From assembly GCA_965655095.1 (NCBI GenBank), contig OZ296653.1:19902001-19966000 (forward strand): DNA of 64,000 nucleotides. The letters run 5' to 3'. The notes under the pieces were generated by a model. That model worked only from the letters and a program-made list of their open reading frames with translations, searched no databases and was not told the origin of the DNA. This stretch comes from Haplodiscus bocki (lineage: Eukaryota). Below, piece by piece: positions 50,906 to 63,370 of this stretch (its first letter is position 1; every line of letters starts with the position of its first letter). The position numbers and the translations under genes were made by a program.

Positions 50906-53900
50906 CCGGACGAACACGCAAATCACGCTATGTCCGACGAAGGAGATCCGGAATTCTATGCTGAAGATAAAATAGACCGATATAGCGAAGAATTTTATTT
51001 GAACGAAAGGGAACTGGAAACCGATTTCACCAGTGACGCTCATTCTTGTCAACCAGATTGCGACGAACAATTTCCCATTTTACGCCCGGAAGAACAAAAC
51101 GAAGCTCTTATTGAGCACTATCTTCAGTGTCAGCCTGAAGAACTACCTGATTAGGTTAAACAATTCGATTTTCAGTACTCAGACAAAACAGATAATGAAA
51201 TGACTCTACTCATTGTTATGCTGATCGACTCGAAGGATGTGTACTCCCTCCACAAATTCGATGTTGGGAAGACCCGACAAAAATTTCACGTTACGTTGAA
51301 ACCAAATGTGGAGTTGAAACGTCAACGAGCGAGCAAAGTGCCACCACATCTGAAAGACAAGCTCGAAAAACTACTAACACGCCGATATCATTCGAGAAAT
51401 GGGCAACGATGACGAAATGGGATCTCTCTTTGTTACCCCAATAATCTTGACGCTAACGAACGACTATGTCAAACTAGTGATTGCTGCCCGCTATCTGAAC
51501 TCAGTGACTGACCTCACAAACTACTCCTGGCCGTTGGAACCAATTCAGATGATTATGAGAAGAGTGAACGGAAAATACTTCTCAGTCAGTGAATTGTCCT
51601 GTGCCTTACATCAGGTACCCCTTAGCTTCGAAACACAGAAATTGACAAGTTTCATCATCGGAGGACGACAAAATGTTTTCACCCGAGGATTCTATGGTCT
51701 GTGTGGCCTACCGAATTTCTTTAGTCGTTTGATGACGATTCACTTCGACCCAATGATTGGGAAGAAACAGGCAATTACTAACATTGATGACACTATCATG
51801 CAATCGCAAACCAGAGGCGAGATGTTTACCATCATCAATGAAATTCACATCCTTCTGCGGAAGGCTGGGTTAAAAGCTGCCCCAGACAAAACGTTTTTCT
51901 TTCTGAAGAAAGTGAAGTTCTTGGGACACGTCATCTCACCTGATGGAATTCATTCCATAGCAAAACGCGTAGATGCCTTATTGAACCTCAAGTCACCCCA
52001 GCTCAAGCGGGATTTTATGAAGGTCTTGGGATGTCTTGGTTTCTACAGCTGCTATATTACGAACTTACACGTTGATAATCAGCCCACCTCTGACTTAACT
52101 AAAGATTCTACCCCATTCCTTTGGACTGAGGAACATGAAAAGCTCTTTAACTCCATTAAAGAAAGAATTCAGAAAGATACAGTTCTAGCAGTTCCCTCTA
52201 CTGATTACCCGTTTCATATTCATGTGGACTCCTAAAATGTTGGTACAGGTTGTATTCTTATCCAACATTTCCCCGAGGGAAAGAGAATTATCTTGTTCAA
52301 CTCTCGCCTATTTGACAAAGCAGAGCAAAAAATGTCCAATCTTCACCGAGAACTATGCGGAATCGTATCAGCTGTTCAGACATATGAACACTACATCATT
52401 AGGTCACCATTCTTTTTTTATCTTTATTGTACCCATAAACCAATTCTTTCTTTATGGGGACGCAAACGACAACTATCACATCGTTTTTTCCGATATCATG
52501 TAATCATCACGAAATTCCAGAACTTGAGGATCATTTGGACACCAGGATCGAACTTAGCATTTCCAGATATTCTCAGCCGAAACATCACGATCGAAGAATA
52601 TCATATGCACCAGTTGCAACATAAACGTATTCCGCGTGATATTGAGTTATTGGATGAGAAGGGAACTCCAGTCTCATATCAAATTCAGCATGAGGACAAC
52701 CCTAACAATACTTGCAACGACTTTTACCCAATCAGGTACAAGCGAGGCGACGAAGAAAAAATATAACAATTACAAAATGACGGCGAAGACTTTACAGTCA
52801 GTAGCCTAATTGACAAACTCCCATTTAATTCAATTCAACAAGCTTCTGACTGTTTCCGAATGGGACTGTTTATCAACCAGTTTAGAAGAATGTGTGGACC
52901 AGAGGCTCAATCAAATCTATCCGTTAACACATCTGATACTGACTATAGTTCAATCGACTCCTTTAGTTCGTCTGCAGATGACACAACAGATCCAACCAGT
53001 CACGGCGATGCCTCATGCGACATCAATACGGACTCCGAAGATGACAATATCGTTTGTGATATCAGTATTCAAGCTAATAAACCCCTACTCTGTCAAAGCA
53101 AACAAACTCACGAACTTGTGCTCGAGAAATCCGATGCTTCTCTACCCAAGAAACTCCTAACAATCTCTGACGCTCCTCATCTAGACATCAAAGCCTTGAT
53201 TCGGAAACTTGACGAAGTTGCGAAGACAGTAGATCTCGATGTATCAACCATTCTTGCAGAACAAATGAAGGACCCATGTTCTGGTACTGTACGTTCTTGG
53301 ATTCATGAAAACACTACCCCCGATAAGAAAGTACCAGAAATACAACAATCTAAAGCTCTCCTGCGATATTGCCAAAATTTTGACAGACTTCTTATTGAAG
53401 ACGAAGGACAGCTCCTTTGTTACAATGAGCCATCTGACAAACTAGAAAAAGAAAACTTCTGTATTTGCCTCCCTTTATCTCTATTCTTTGCATGTTTCCG
53501 TTTGGGACACTACAACGAAATGGGTTGACACATGGGAGCAATAAAAACCTATGCCAATGCCAGAAGTTCTTATTACTGTTCCCGAATGTTTGATTGGATA
53601 TGCGCTTTGACAGCCGATTGCCTTACCTGCCAAAACAACAAACCTAAACCGAAGCATCGAAACGAAGTTCCACTCGAAGAATGGCAAAACGAAACAATCT
53701 CCTTCCGCACTCTACACCTTGATCATAAGGGACCTCTTCACCCAACTAGTGCTGGCAACGTACATTGTCTCTTAAGTATTGATGCATTCTCTCGATTTTT
53801 GATGGTCCCTCCAGTACGTAATACTACAGCCCTAGCAAAAATAATAGCCGTTGAAAAGTGGATCCTTCCTTTTGGAATCCCGCAATCGATCATCCATGAC

Positions 53901-55487
53901 CGAGGTACTGCTTTCATCATTACAGAGTTCATCAATTAGACCAAAAAACTTGGAATTACCCTAAGACCTCGTCCAGCTTATTCACCCTGGACAAACGGTA
54001 AAATTGAAACCCAGAACCAATATATTGCTCGAAATTGGAGAAACTTTCTTAATGATGCCGGAAATAACTGGTCCACACTAGCACCGAAGTTTGCTTCGGC
54101 CACAACACGAGTGTCAACTACACGACTGGAAAAACCCATACGAAATTGACATTGGGACTAAACCACAAAATCCTACGTTACTCAAGCTGGGACTTTATTG
54201 GAATAAACACAAACTTTGCTGTTCTAAAATCTGTGAAAACCTCCCTTCTCATTCTCATGGTGAGAACAGCTTGAAGAACGAATTGTTGGACAAGCTACTT
54301 CAACCGCAATTATCACAAGCTATTTTGGAAAGAGAACGAACCTTCAAACGAATCTATTCATCAACCTTTGAACCATGCCGAGAACAGACAGCACAATCAC
54401 ACGCCTATCGCAATCGCTTCAAGTTGGGACACCACCTCGAAGTAGGACAGAAAGTGCTTCACGAAAATCTTAAGCAAGATTCCACACGGAGCCACAAACT
54501 TCAACAGCGAAGACTTGGACCCTTCACCGTTACCAAGCGTATCACGAATACCACCTATCAAATTGAAGATGATAAAGAGCCTACAGTTATCAAAGCTGTT
54601 CAAAGAAACCACCTTGTTGAATACTATCCTAAAGAAGGATTTTTACCCGCAATGATAGAAAAGTATGTACCTTCTGATCACCAGAATGACATTTTCTGCG
54701 AGCGTTTTATGGAACAACGCAACGCACCCGAGATCTGAAAAATCCAAGTACCACAGAAAACTATGATTTTCCCATTCCCGATAGAACCGTTACGATCCAT
54801 TCCGCCCATAGGCCAGCCAAAACGATCCAGTATGCAGAGTAACGATTCTGGAATTACTTCTCCATTTGCTTCTTCTCGCACCCCTGTACTATCATCTGCA
54901 ATTCCCACGGAAACAACAACCCCCCATCCATCCTCTTCTCAGCAAGCAAAACCTGCTCAATTGTCGCACAGGGCACACCTCAGTCCGATTCAAAAAATTA
55001 TTCGTAAAAGTGCCAACCGAATGGCCAAAAATAGCGTTAATTCGCGCCCTAAAGAGCCCAAATATAACCGCTTGCAGCCAAATTACCCGGATTCTCAGTC
55101 AGTTTTGAGGATAATTACTCGACAGAGCTATAAACTTTGATCCCCTTTACACTATTGCCACATTTTTATAACTTTTGTGTTACATCAACCCTTATTTTCT
55201 ACTCGCGAATATTGCCTTCTTCGATTCTCAACTACAATTAACAAGATGGCTATGATCCCTCAGCATCGAACAACTCAACGTTCAGACGCCTCGAAGTTTT
55301 TGCCATCAATTCGTTTTCTTCATATTTTCTACATTCTTTTACAAAAACAATCGAAAAAGCCAAAAAAAACTTTATTTGTTGTGTAAATACAAAGAAGAAA
55401 GCCGCACAGTAAAATAAAGGACGAGACAGATAAAAAACCGCCGAGGGTTAAAAGGCCCCCGACGACCGACAGAGCCGAGCGACTTAC

Positions 55488-55745
55488 TCTTTTTCGAGGA
55501 AGCCGCCCGACTCCGCCAACATCCGCAGGTTTGCTGCTCTTTCAGAGGCCGACCACTCCTCAAAAGAGCGCCTCAACAACTTTTTGTTTATACTCGTCAA
55601 TCGGGCATACCCAACTATATGGGGACTCTGGGGACTCTGGAGATTGCTCCAGATTTACTTCCACATTAAAATGCAGAGGAACCGCCACTTCTTGCTCATC
55701 CTCAGAAGAACTCTCCTCAAAATAAAAATCACTATCGCTCTCCAT
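55488..55745 (-). pseudogene. Antisense acidic ORF/exon inside the element
   Basis: tttttgcag acceptor 1 nt before the ATG. Reads MESDSDFYFEESSSEDEQE..., then after a 1-nt shift EEWSASERAANLRMLAESGGFLEK, then a GTAAGT donor at 55487. Confidence 0.45.
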
Positions 55746-56216
55746 CCTGCAAAAATTTTACATTAATCCTTTGGAAGCTACGACCCCCCTGCTCTAAACG
55801 TGACGCCTCTATCCTTTTCAAAAAAACGCTGCTTTCGCTTGCCGATAGCTCAATGGTAAGAAATCAAAGCGCTCCCGACAAGAGATAGCACTACACTAGT
55901 CCTGAACCAAAAACAGTGCTAAAGGATTTTCCCATGGTTGTTGTTTTGAAATTTGTCTTAATTTTACCAACGCCTATTTTACCCTTCTAAACCACGGAAG
56001 GCCTCAAAGTGACGAGCACAGCAGAACGATGAAAACGGAGAGGATGCCACCAAAACTCTTTTACACAATTTATTCATTTTATTTATTTTTTTTTAATTGA
56101 TCTTACGAAAAACTTAATTCCTTAAATTCCTAAATTAAATAGTACATAGTTACAATAATGAATACATCGTCGCATTGAAATAACTGAATATTACATTCTC
56201 AGATTTGCTATGACCG

Positions 56217-56660
56217 ATGTATGTCAAAATTGACGGAGAATTCAAGTCAATAAAAAGAATCGAGCTGAAATCCGACACAGCAACGATCCTCATTCACACC
56301 ATAGAAGACGAGGGCCGGGAAGAGGAATACATGTGTTTTTCTGACTCCCCTAACTATTACCATATGCGCTGTTTGTTGTCTCCAGACATCTACATAATCA
56401 GTGACAATATTTCTGGCAATAAGGAGCATATTATTTAAACGACACTCTTACTCCTCCGGATTGACAATCAACTGCAGTGTATTGTGGGCTTAACTTTTAT
56501 CACTGGAACAAAAGATTTCATGGTAACAACTCAATTTACTAACAACGACCAGATAACAACCTTCATTTGCTCACCCGAATCAACTCGTTATCCTTTTATT
56601 GAAGCTATACTCATGAACCCTCCCCCGAATCACATTAAAAGTCAGAACGGGAAATTTTAA
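56217..56660 (+). pseudogene. Two in-frame 73-codon modules separated by one TAA, unknown function
   Basis: Acceptor ttctcag at 56202; halves share xxxID....I and xxC...S..Y patterns. Confidence 0.45.
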
Positions 56661-57211
56661 ACGATTGTTCACAACAGACATTTTTATTCCAGATAACCTG
56701 GAGTGTGGAAACTCAGAACCCACAATTTGAATGCATCAATTAGAAATATCAATCTCGCAGTCACACACAAACACACCACTCAACAGAGTTAATCTCAATT
56801 GTAAATGGACTTCATTTGATTTGTGAGAGTGTAAAATCACTAATATTTTCTGGTTACCCAAAGGGAGCCCCTTACAAGCGCGAAAAGACCCGGTTGACAA
56901 TCTACCCACTGTAGTTGTTATCCCAATACCTGCCCGCACAGCAGAATTCGCCAAGCTCTTTGTGACCCTCGGAATTTGGCCACTCCGTCTTTGGACACGA
57001 CGGAAAATCAAAGATTGGTAGATCTCCTCGCGTAAATGAAAGTTAACCTGGAAACCTACACTTGGGTGTCACTGATCAACCTGTTGCACGAAACTTGCTA
57101 TCTTTACGACCTGAACTAAAAAATAGACGAGGAAGGTAGATGAGTTCTTCAAAATCCCTACGAAGTTTTGACAAAGTAACCAATCTGCTTCACCACTAAA
57201 CAAAAGCCCAA

Positions 57212-57345
57212 TAGTTGGACATAAGTGCCAATTGGGAACCACAAATTATCGAAACCCGAATAATTGGACATAAGTGTCAATTGGGAACTACAAATCATCA
57301 AGACTCAGATAGTTGGACGTGCGAGCCAATTGGGAACTACAATCA
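57212..57345. repeat. Three tandem ~48-bp repeats upstream of env
   Basis: ttggacataagtgccaattgggaaccacaaat, three diverged copies. Confidence 0.8.
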
Positions 57346-57591
57346 TCTATTACCTATGGTGGAAGTAAGATAAATTCAATTTTTGGCACCTTTTTGCGAC
57401 ACCGGTTTTACTCCGGCGCATTTTTTGGTGAAGCCGGTTTCAGTCCGGCACCCCTTTATAAAAAAATCTCCGCGTGGTTAAAATAGAGTAGTGTAGCGAC
57501 TACATAAATATAGTGCTACCGCTTCGTGTTCGTGCCTACGAAGTAGCCGGTAAAATATATTGCGGCTGTTCTTTCTCTCTTGGTAGTTGTG

Positions 57592-59792
57592 ATGAAAAAT
57601 TCCACTCTACCCTCCCCATTTGCTAAAACATAGGATGTTATAAACCAGGTCTTCTTTCTAATTATTTTAGCCAGTTTCAGGAATGGCAAGCTTGAAAACG
57701 CAGATTTGCAAAAAGTAGCCTCCCAACTCAAAGTGACACATTACGACGGTGGAGAGATGACAGAGAATAACCTCTACGCCTTAACCCAAGTTTCCAAATG
57801 CAACATTGCTCCTGAAAACCTAGAAGTCAGCAGAGCAAAACTCACAATGTACACAAAACATCTTCGACAAGAAATCAACGCAACATTTTGTAGAGTCAAA
57901 TATCAAAGTGAACAATGGCACTGTGGCTGTGCAGACGATTCAAACTTGGTCGCCCATCAAACAGGAGGAATAACAGTAGATTTAACCGTTACAGCATCTC
58001 AGTGCAGAACGTTAGCAAAAGGTGGTTCGATGACTTTAAAAGATGAGACACTCGAGTTCAAAAAAGGAGTAAAAACAACGGTAGTTAAACACAAGGATTT
58101 TGATGAATATGGAGTGGACCTCAGCGTTAAGTACAAAAATGAAGGCGACTCACATGCATGGGTAAATCGCAAAACATTTGAAGGTCATGTACAAGACGTC
58201 GTGCTTAAAGTACTCACTAAAGATGGCAAAATTATGAGCAAAGACGCACTGCAATTACAAAGACCTTTAGAAGAACTCGAATGTGACACTACTTCATTCG
58301 ACCCTTATGCATACACATGGGACGCCCCTGACAATTGAGTATTAGCTATTCATCGGAAGGAAGACGTTAACATGATCAAACAAGGAAAAACAACTACTAT
58401 ATTGTCGGTGGACGAAACAACACTAATCAGTATCTATTCGAGGTAAAAACGAAACCCGAAGTTTTCTGCAACAAACTAGTGCAAGTATACCCGACCAACT
58501 ATGACTCGTCATTCGTGGTTATCGACTTTGTTGGATTCGATCTAGTTTCTGGGAAAAAGATGGGTTTCTCAGGAGGAACACAACATCTACAATACTACCA
58601 GCCTTCAGTCTCATCTGACGGCAGACTATTCGTACACAAACCTGAGTCCCCCATACAGATAACCCTAACTCAGAAACACCTCACTACCTCAACCTGGATT
58701 GTGAACTCCATCAAGGAACGAAACTGGAATATCTTTTTTTCGAAAGCTCAAAGATGCTTGAAGGCTCCGATATACAACTTCTAAAGAACTTATGCGAACA
58801 AGAAAGAACCCAAATTTTAACTATTTGGATGCTTTTAATGCAGAACCCACGTCTAGCTGGTTATATGTTAACTGTGTTTACTGGGGATTGCTCTATGTTC
58901 CTCAGTACCGATGGAAGCCTCGCTTGGTTTGTATCACTGCCCTTTGATGCGTTCTCCACCACACGTGATGAATCAATGTTATGAGAGAATTCCTATCTTC
59001 TACAAAAGTGCTATCTTTTTTGTCGACCCAATGACCCGACAAACCTGCCCAGATGCCCAGGTTCAAAATTGCTCTGACCGGATTAAGAATCTCTTCCAAA
59101 TTGATATGGAATGTGGTTCACTAATACACCTACTCTAGAGCACAGGAAACGACCAGCAGTATTTACACCAGAAGAAGTAACTCCTGTATCCAGAAGAGCT
59201 TTTGGTGGAGCAGGAGATGCTGGAATTTACACACGAGCACAGCTATCTGAATTTTCGGACAATATCTTTATCAGCGCTGCTTCAAGGAAAGCTTTGCAAA
59301 AATTGTCAACTCATTGTCACCAACACGGCAATTCATGGACCAGAACAATATTCTTATTTTGCTCCACGAACAAACATCTATGTGGACAACATGATTTCCC
59401 CCAGTTACTTCAAAAATCAATTGATGGACACGTTTGGATCAGTTGCCTATGTCTTAGAATTTTGTGCAATATACTTCTTTTGCTTCTTTTTAATCAAGCT
59501 CATCGTTGATCTCGTAGTCATGATTTTACGACACATGGAAATTAACCGTCTCACTGGCGCATCGCTTGGATTTGGAAAGACACTCCTGAGCGCTTCTTAC
59601 ATTTTGTTTTTGACGTCTATTTCAAGGTCAGTATTCAATCCCCAAGCTCCTATTTTGCAGGCATTGGAACCCGAACCAAGGCCCACAAGAGTAGAAGACG
59701 AGAATAGAGATCCAGTAGACGAAAATACGAAAAAGGAGGAGCACCTTCATCCGATGGTTCATTGCTCCACTACGGTTCTTTCGCCTGTTTGA
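57592..59792 (+). pseudogene. env: env-like glycoprotein related to chuvirus (Jingchuvirales)-type G, disrupted
   Basis: Acceptor at 57586; N-terminal hydrophobic stretch. Collinear motifs THYD, FCRVK...WHCG, SQC, LCEQER, YHC, CYERIPI, GIYT, and the C-terminal TM region FFCFFLIKLIVD. Several stops and frameshifts. Confidence 0.78.
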
Positions 59793-59869
59793 TTAGGATA
59801 ATATGAGCGTTATCCTGACAGCCTTTTTATTAATTTATTAATTTCATTTTTTTATAAATTCTTTTTTAG

Positions 59870-60634
59870 AATTCAGACGACCAACTACTTCCTTTGCTGG
59901 AAGACGACGAACTGAACGCGCTGGTCAACGGAATTGACTGGGACCAACCCTTATCTCCACTTGATTTAAAATTGCCAACGGACCCAGATATTATTACCCT
60001 TCTTTCTTCTTCTTCTCCTCTCGCTCCAGTTGGTTTGCCGAATCAGCCAAATAAACCGTTGGTCAACAAATTCCTCCAATCCCTAACAAATACCCCGATC
60101 CACTTTACAGATCACCCTACGACCTCTCACCAAGAGTCTCGAGTCAGTATTCTATTGCCTTCATTGCGTAGTTTCAAAGCCTATTCTAATAAAACCCAAT
60201 CGGAGGAAACACATTCTAATTCCTCTTTGCCAAAACGACTCCGCTCTAATTCAACAGCTCTGGGAACATCGACTCAAGACGCTAGTGCAAATCTTTCACG
60301 ACCGAAACGATTTCACCAATACCAGCAAATTCTCAAACAGAAGCGAACAGAATGTTATTATCGGCAACATAAATCTGTCAGAAGGCCTCGATACAACACC
60401 CGTCTACATTACCAACTAACTAACGCTTTTTCTTCTGGGGAAATCATGTTTTGGGATTGTAAAAGACAGGAATATACCATCCAGGACACTGCTTTATCAC
60501 CACAGAGACTCGTGGTACCCCTGACAACTATCGAAGTACAGCCTGTCGAAAGACACCGAATCCACTCGCACCCATATTCAAGCCAACAAACTGCTCACGA
60601 TTATTCACAATATACCGCCGAGTTGCTGACGTAA
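59870..60634 (+). CDS. ORF-X, S/P/T-rich then basic protein downstream of env (copies at 61113-61700, 62414-62983 and ~63650-end)
   Basis: Open for about 250 codons after a T-rich AG acceptor at 59869; acidic N-terminus and K/R clusters (PKRLR, RPKRF, VRRPR). Confidence 0.5.
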   Translation, partial: NSDDQLLPLLEDDELNALVNGIDWDQPLSPLDLKLPTDPDIITLLSSSSPLAPVGLPNQPNKPLVNKFLQSLTNTPIHFTDHPTTSHQESRVSILLPSLRSFKAYSNKTQSEETHSNSSLPKRLRSNSTALGTSTQDASANLSRPKRFHQYQQILKQKRTECYYRQHKSVRRPRYNTRLHYQLTNAFSSGEIMFWDCKRQEYTIQDTALSPQRLVVPLTTIEVQPVERHRIHSHPYSSQQTAHDYSQYTAELLT

Positions 60635-63070
60635 ATTGATGCATCTACTTCACAAGATATTATCGATCTTACTATTTGGATCAGTTGGACACGTTTGGAT
60701 CAGTTGCCTAGGTCTTAGAATTTTGTGGAATATACTTCTCTTGCTTCTTGTTTATCAAGCTCATCGCTGATCTCGTAGTCATCATTTTACGACACATGGA
60801 AATTAACCGTCTCACTGGCGCATCACTTGGATTTGGAAAGACACTCCTGAGCGCTTCTTACATTTTGTTTTTGACGTCTATTTCAAGGTCAGTATTCAAT
60901 CCCCAAGCTCCTCTTTTGCAGGCATTGGAACCCGAACCAAGGCCCACAAAAGTAGAAGACGAGAATAGAGATCCAGTAGACGAAAAAAAGAAAAAGGAGG
61001 AGCACCTTGATCCGATGGTTCATTGCTCAACTACGGTTCTTTCGCCTGTTTGATTAGGATAATATGAGCGTTATCCTGACAGCCTTTTTATTAATTTTTT
61101 AATTTCATTTTTTTGAAATTCTTTTTTAGAATTCAGACGACCAACTACTTCCTTTGCTGGAAGACGATGAATTCGACGCTGGTCAACGGAATTCACTGGG
61201 ACCAACCCTTATCTCCACTTGATTTAAATTTGCCAACGGACCCAGATATTATTACCCTTCTTTCTTCTTCTTCTCCTCTCGCTCCAGTTGGTTTGCCGAA
61301 TCAGCCAAATAAACCGTTGGTCAACAAATTCCTCCAATCCCTAACAAATACCCCGATCCACTTTACAGATCACCCTACGACCTCTCACCAAGAGTCTCGA
61401 GTCAGTATTCTATTGCCTTCATTGCGTAGTTTCAAAGCCTATTCTAATAAAACCCAATCGGAGGAATCACATTCTAATTCCTCTTTGCCAAAACGACTCC
61501 GCTCTAATTCAACAGCTCTGGGAACATCGACTCAAGACGCTAGGGTAAATCTTTCACGACCAAAACGATTTCAGCGATACCAGCAAATTCTCAAACAGAA
61601 GCGAACAGAAAGTTATTACCGGCAACATAAATCTGTCAGAAGGCCTCGATACAACACCCGTCTACATTACCAACTAACTAACGCTTTTTCTTCTGGGTAA
61701 ATCATGTTTTGGGATTATAAAAGACAGGAATATACCATCCAGGACACTGCTTTATCACCACAGAGACTCGTGGTACCCCTGACAACTATCGAAATACAGC
61801 CTGTCGAAAGACACTGAATCCACACGCACCCATATTCAAGCCAACAAACTGCTCACGATTATTCACAATATAGCGCCGAGTTGCTGACGTAAATTGATGC
61901 ATCTACTTCACAAGATATTATCGATCTTACTATTTGGATCAGTTGGACACGTTTGGATCAGTTGCCTATGTCTTAGAATTTTGTGGAATATACTTCTCTT
62001 GCTTCTTGTTTATCAAGCTCATCGCTGATCTCGTAGTCATCATTTTACGACACATGGAAATTAACCGTCTCACTGGCGCATCACTTGGATTTGGAAAGAC
62101 ACTCGTGAGCGCTTCTTACAATTTGTTTTTGACGTCTTTTTCAAGGTCAGTATTCAATCGCCAAGCTCCTCTTTTGCAGGCATTGTAATCCGAACCAAGG
62201 CCCAGAAGAGTAGAAGACGAGAATAGATATCCAGTAGACGAAAATAAGAAAAAGGAGGAGCACCTTCATCCGATGGTTCATTGCTCCACTACGGTTCCTT
62301 CCCTTGTTTGATTAGGATAATATGAGCGTTATTCTGACAGCCTTTCTATTAGTTTAAATAATTTCATTTTTTTATATATTCTTTTTTAGAATTCAGACGA
62401 CCAGCCACTTCCTTTGCTGGAAGACGACGAACTCGACGCGCTGGTCAACGGAATTGACTGGGACCAACCCTTATCTCCACTTGATTTAAATTTGCCAACG
62501 GACCCAGATATTATTACCCTTCTTTTTTCTTCCTCTCCTATCGCTCCAGTTGGTTTGCCGAATCAGCCACCTAAGCCCTTAGTTAACAAATTCCTCCAAT
62601 CCCTAACGAATACCCCGATCCTTTTTACAGATCAGCCTACGACATCCCGGGAAGAGTCTCGAGTCAATATTCTATTGCCTTCATTGCGTAGTTCCAAAGC
62701 TTATTCTAATAAAACCCAATCGGAGGAATCACAATCTAATTCCTCTTTGCCAAGACGACTCCGCTCTAATTCAACAGCTCTGGGAACATCGACTCAAGAC
62801 GCTAGGGCAAATCTTTCACGACCAAAACGATTTCAGCGAAACCAGCAAATTCTCAAACAGAAGCCAAGAGAAAGTTATTATCGGCAACATAAAGCTGTCA
62901 GAAGGCCTCTATACAACACCCTTTTACTTTACCAACTAACTAACGCTTTTTTCGTCTGGGGAAGTCATGTTTTGGGATTATAAAAGACAGCAATATGCCA
63001 TCCAGAACACTGTTTTATCACCACAGAGACTCGTGGTACCCCTGACAACTATCGAAGTACAGCCTGTCGA

Positions 63071-63370
63071 ATGACACTGAATCCACACGCACCCAGATTC
63101 AACCTGACAAACTGCTCACGATTATTCACAATATACCGCCGAGTTGCTGACATGAATGGATGCATCTACTTCACAAGATATTATCGATCTTACTATTTGG
63201 ATCATTTGGACACGTTTGGATCAGTTACCTATGTCTTAGAATTTTGTGGAATATACTTCTCTTGCTTTTTGTTTATCAAGCTCATCGTTGATCTCGTAGT
63301 CATGATTTTACGACACATGGAAACTAACCGTCTCACTGGCGCATCACTTAGATTTGGGAACACACCCTGA
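63071..63370 (+). CDS. ORF-Y with PAM2-like N-terminus, fused across the repeat junction to the env TM segment
   Basis: MTLNPHAPRFNL (copy 2 reads TLNPHAPIFKP); the ATG overlaps the TGA that closes the ORF-X C-terminal frame (ATGA). Confidence 0.45.
   Translation: MTLNPHAPRFNLTNCSRLFTIYRRVADMNGCIYFTRYYRSYYLDHLDTFGSVTYVLEFCGIYFSCFLFIKLIVDLVVMILRHMETNRLTGASLRFGNTP

Larger units (their letters stand above)
49647..55140 (+). pseudogene. pol: pol (disrupted): aspartic protease, dUTPase-like linker, macrodomain, RT, RNase H, integrase
   Basis: FMLDTGAS (~49782); RT ..FYGLCGLPNFF..NIDD..VKFLGHVIS; RNase H HVDS..RELCG..YCTHKPI..PDILSR; integrase H..H..CLTC, LDHKGP, HDRGTAF, NGKIE, LGPF. Confidence 0.93.

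Noticed and set aside
57592-59792. Errantivirus/baculovirus F-type env
   Set aside because: No furin site plus fusion-peptide signature was seen; the motifs fit chuvirus-type G better.
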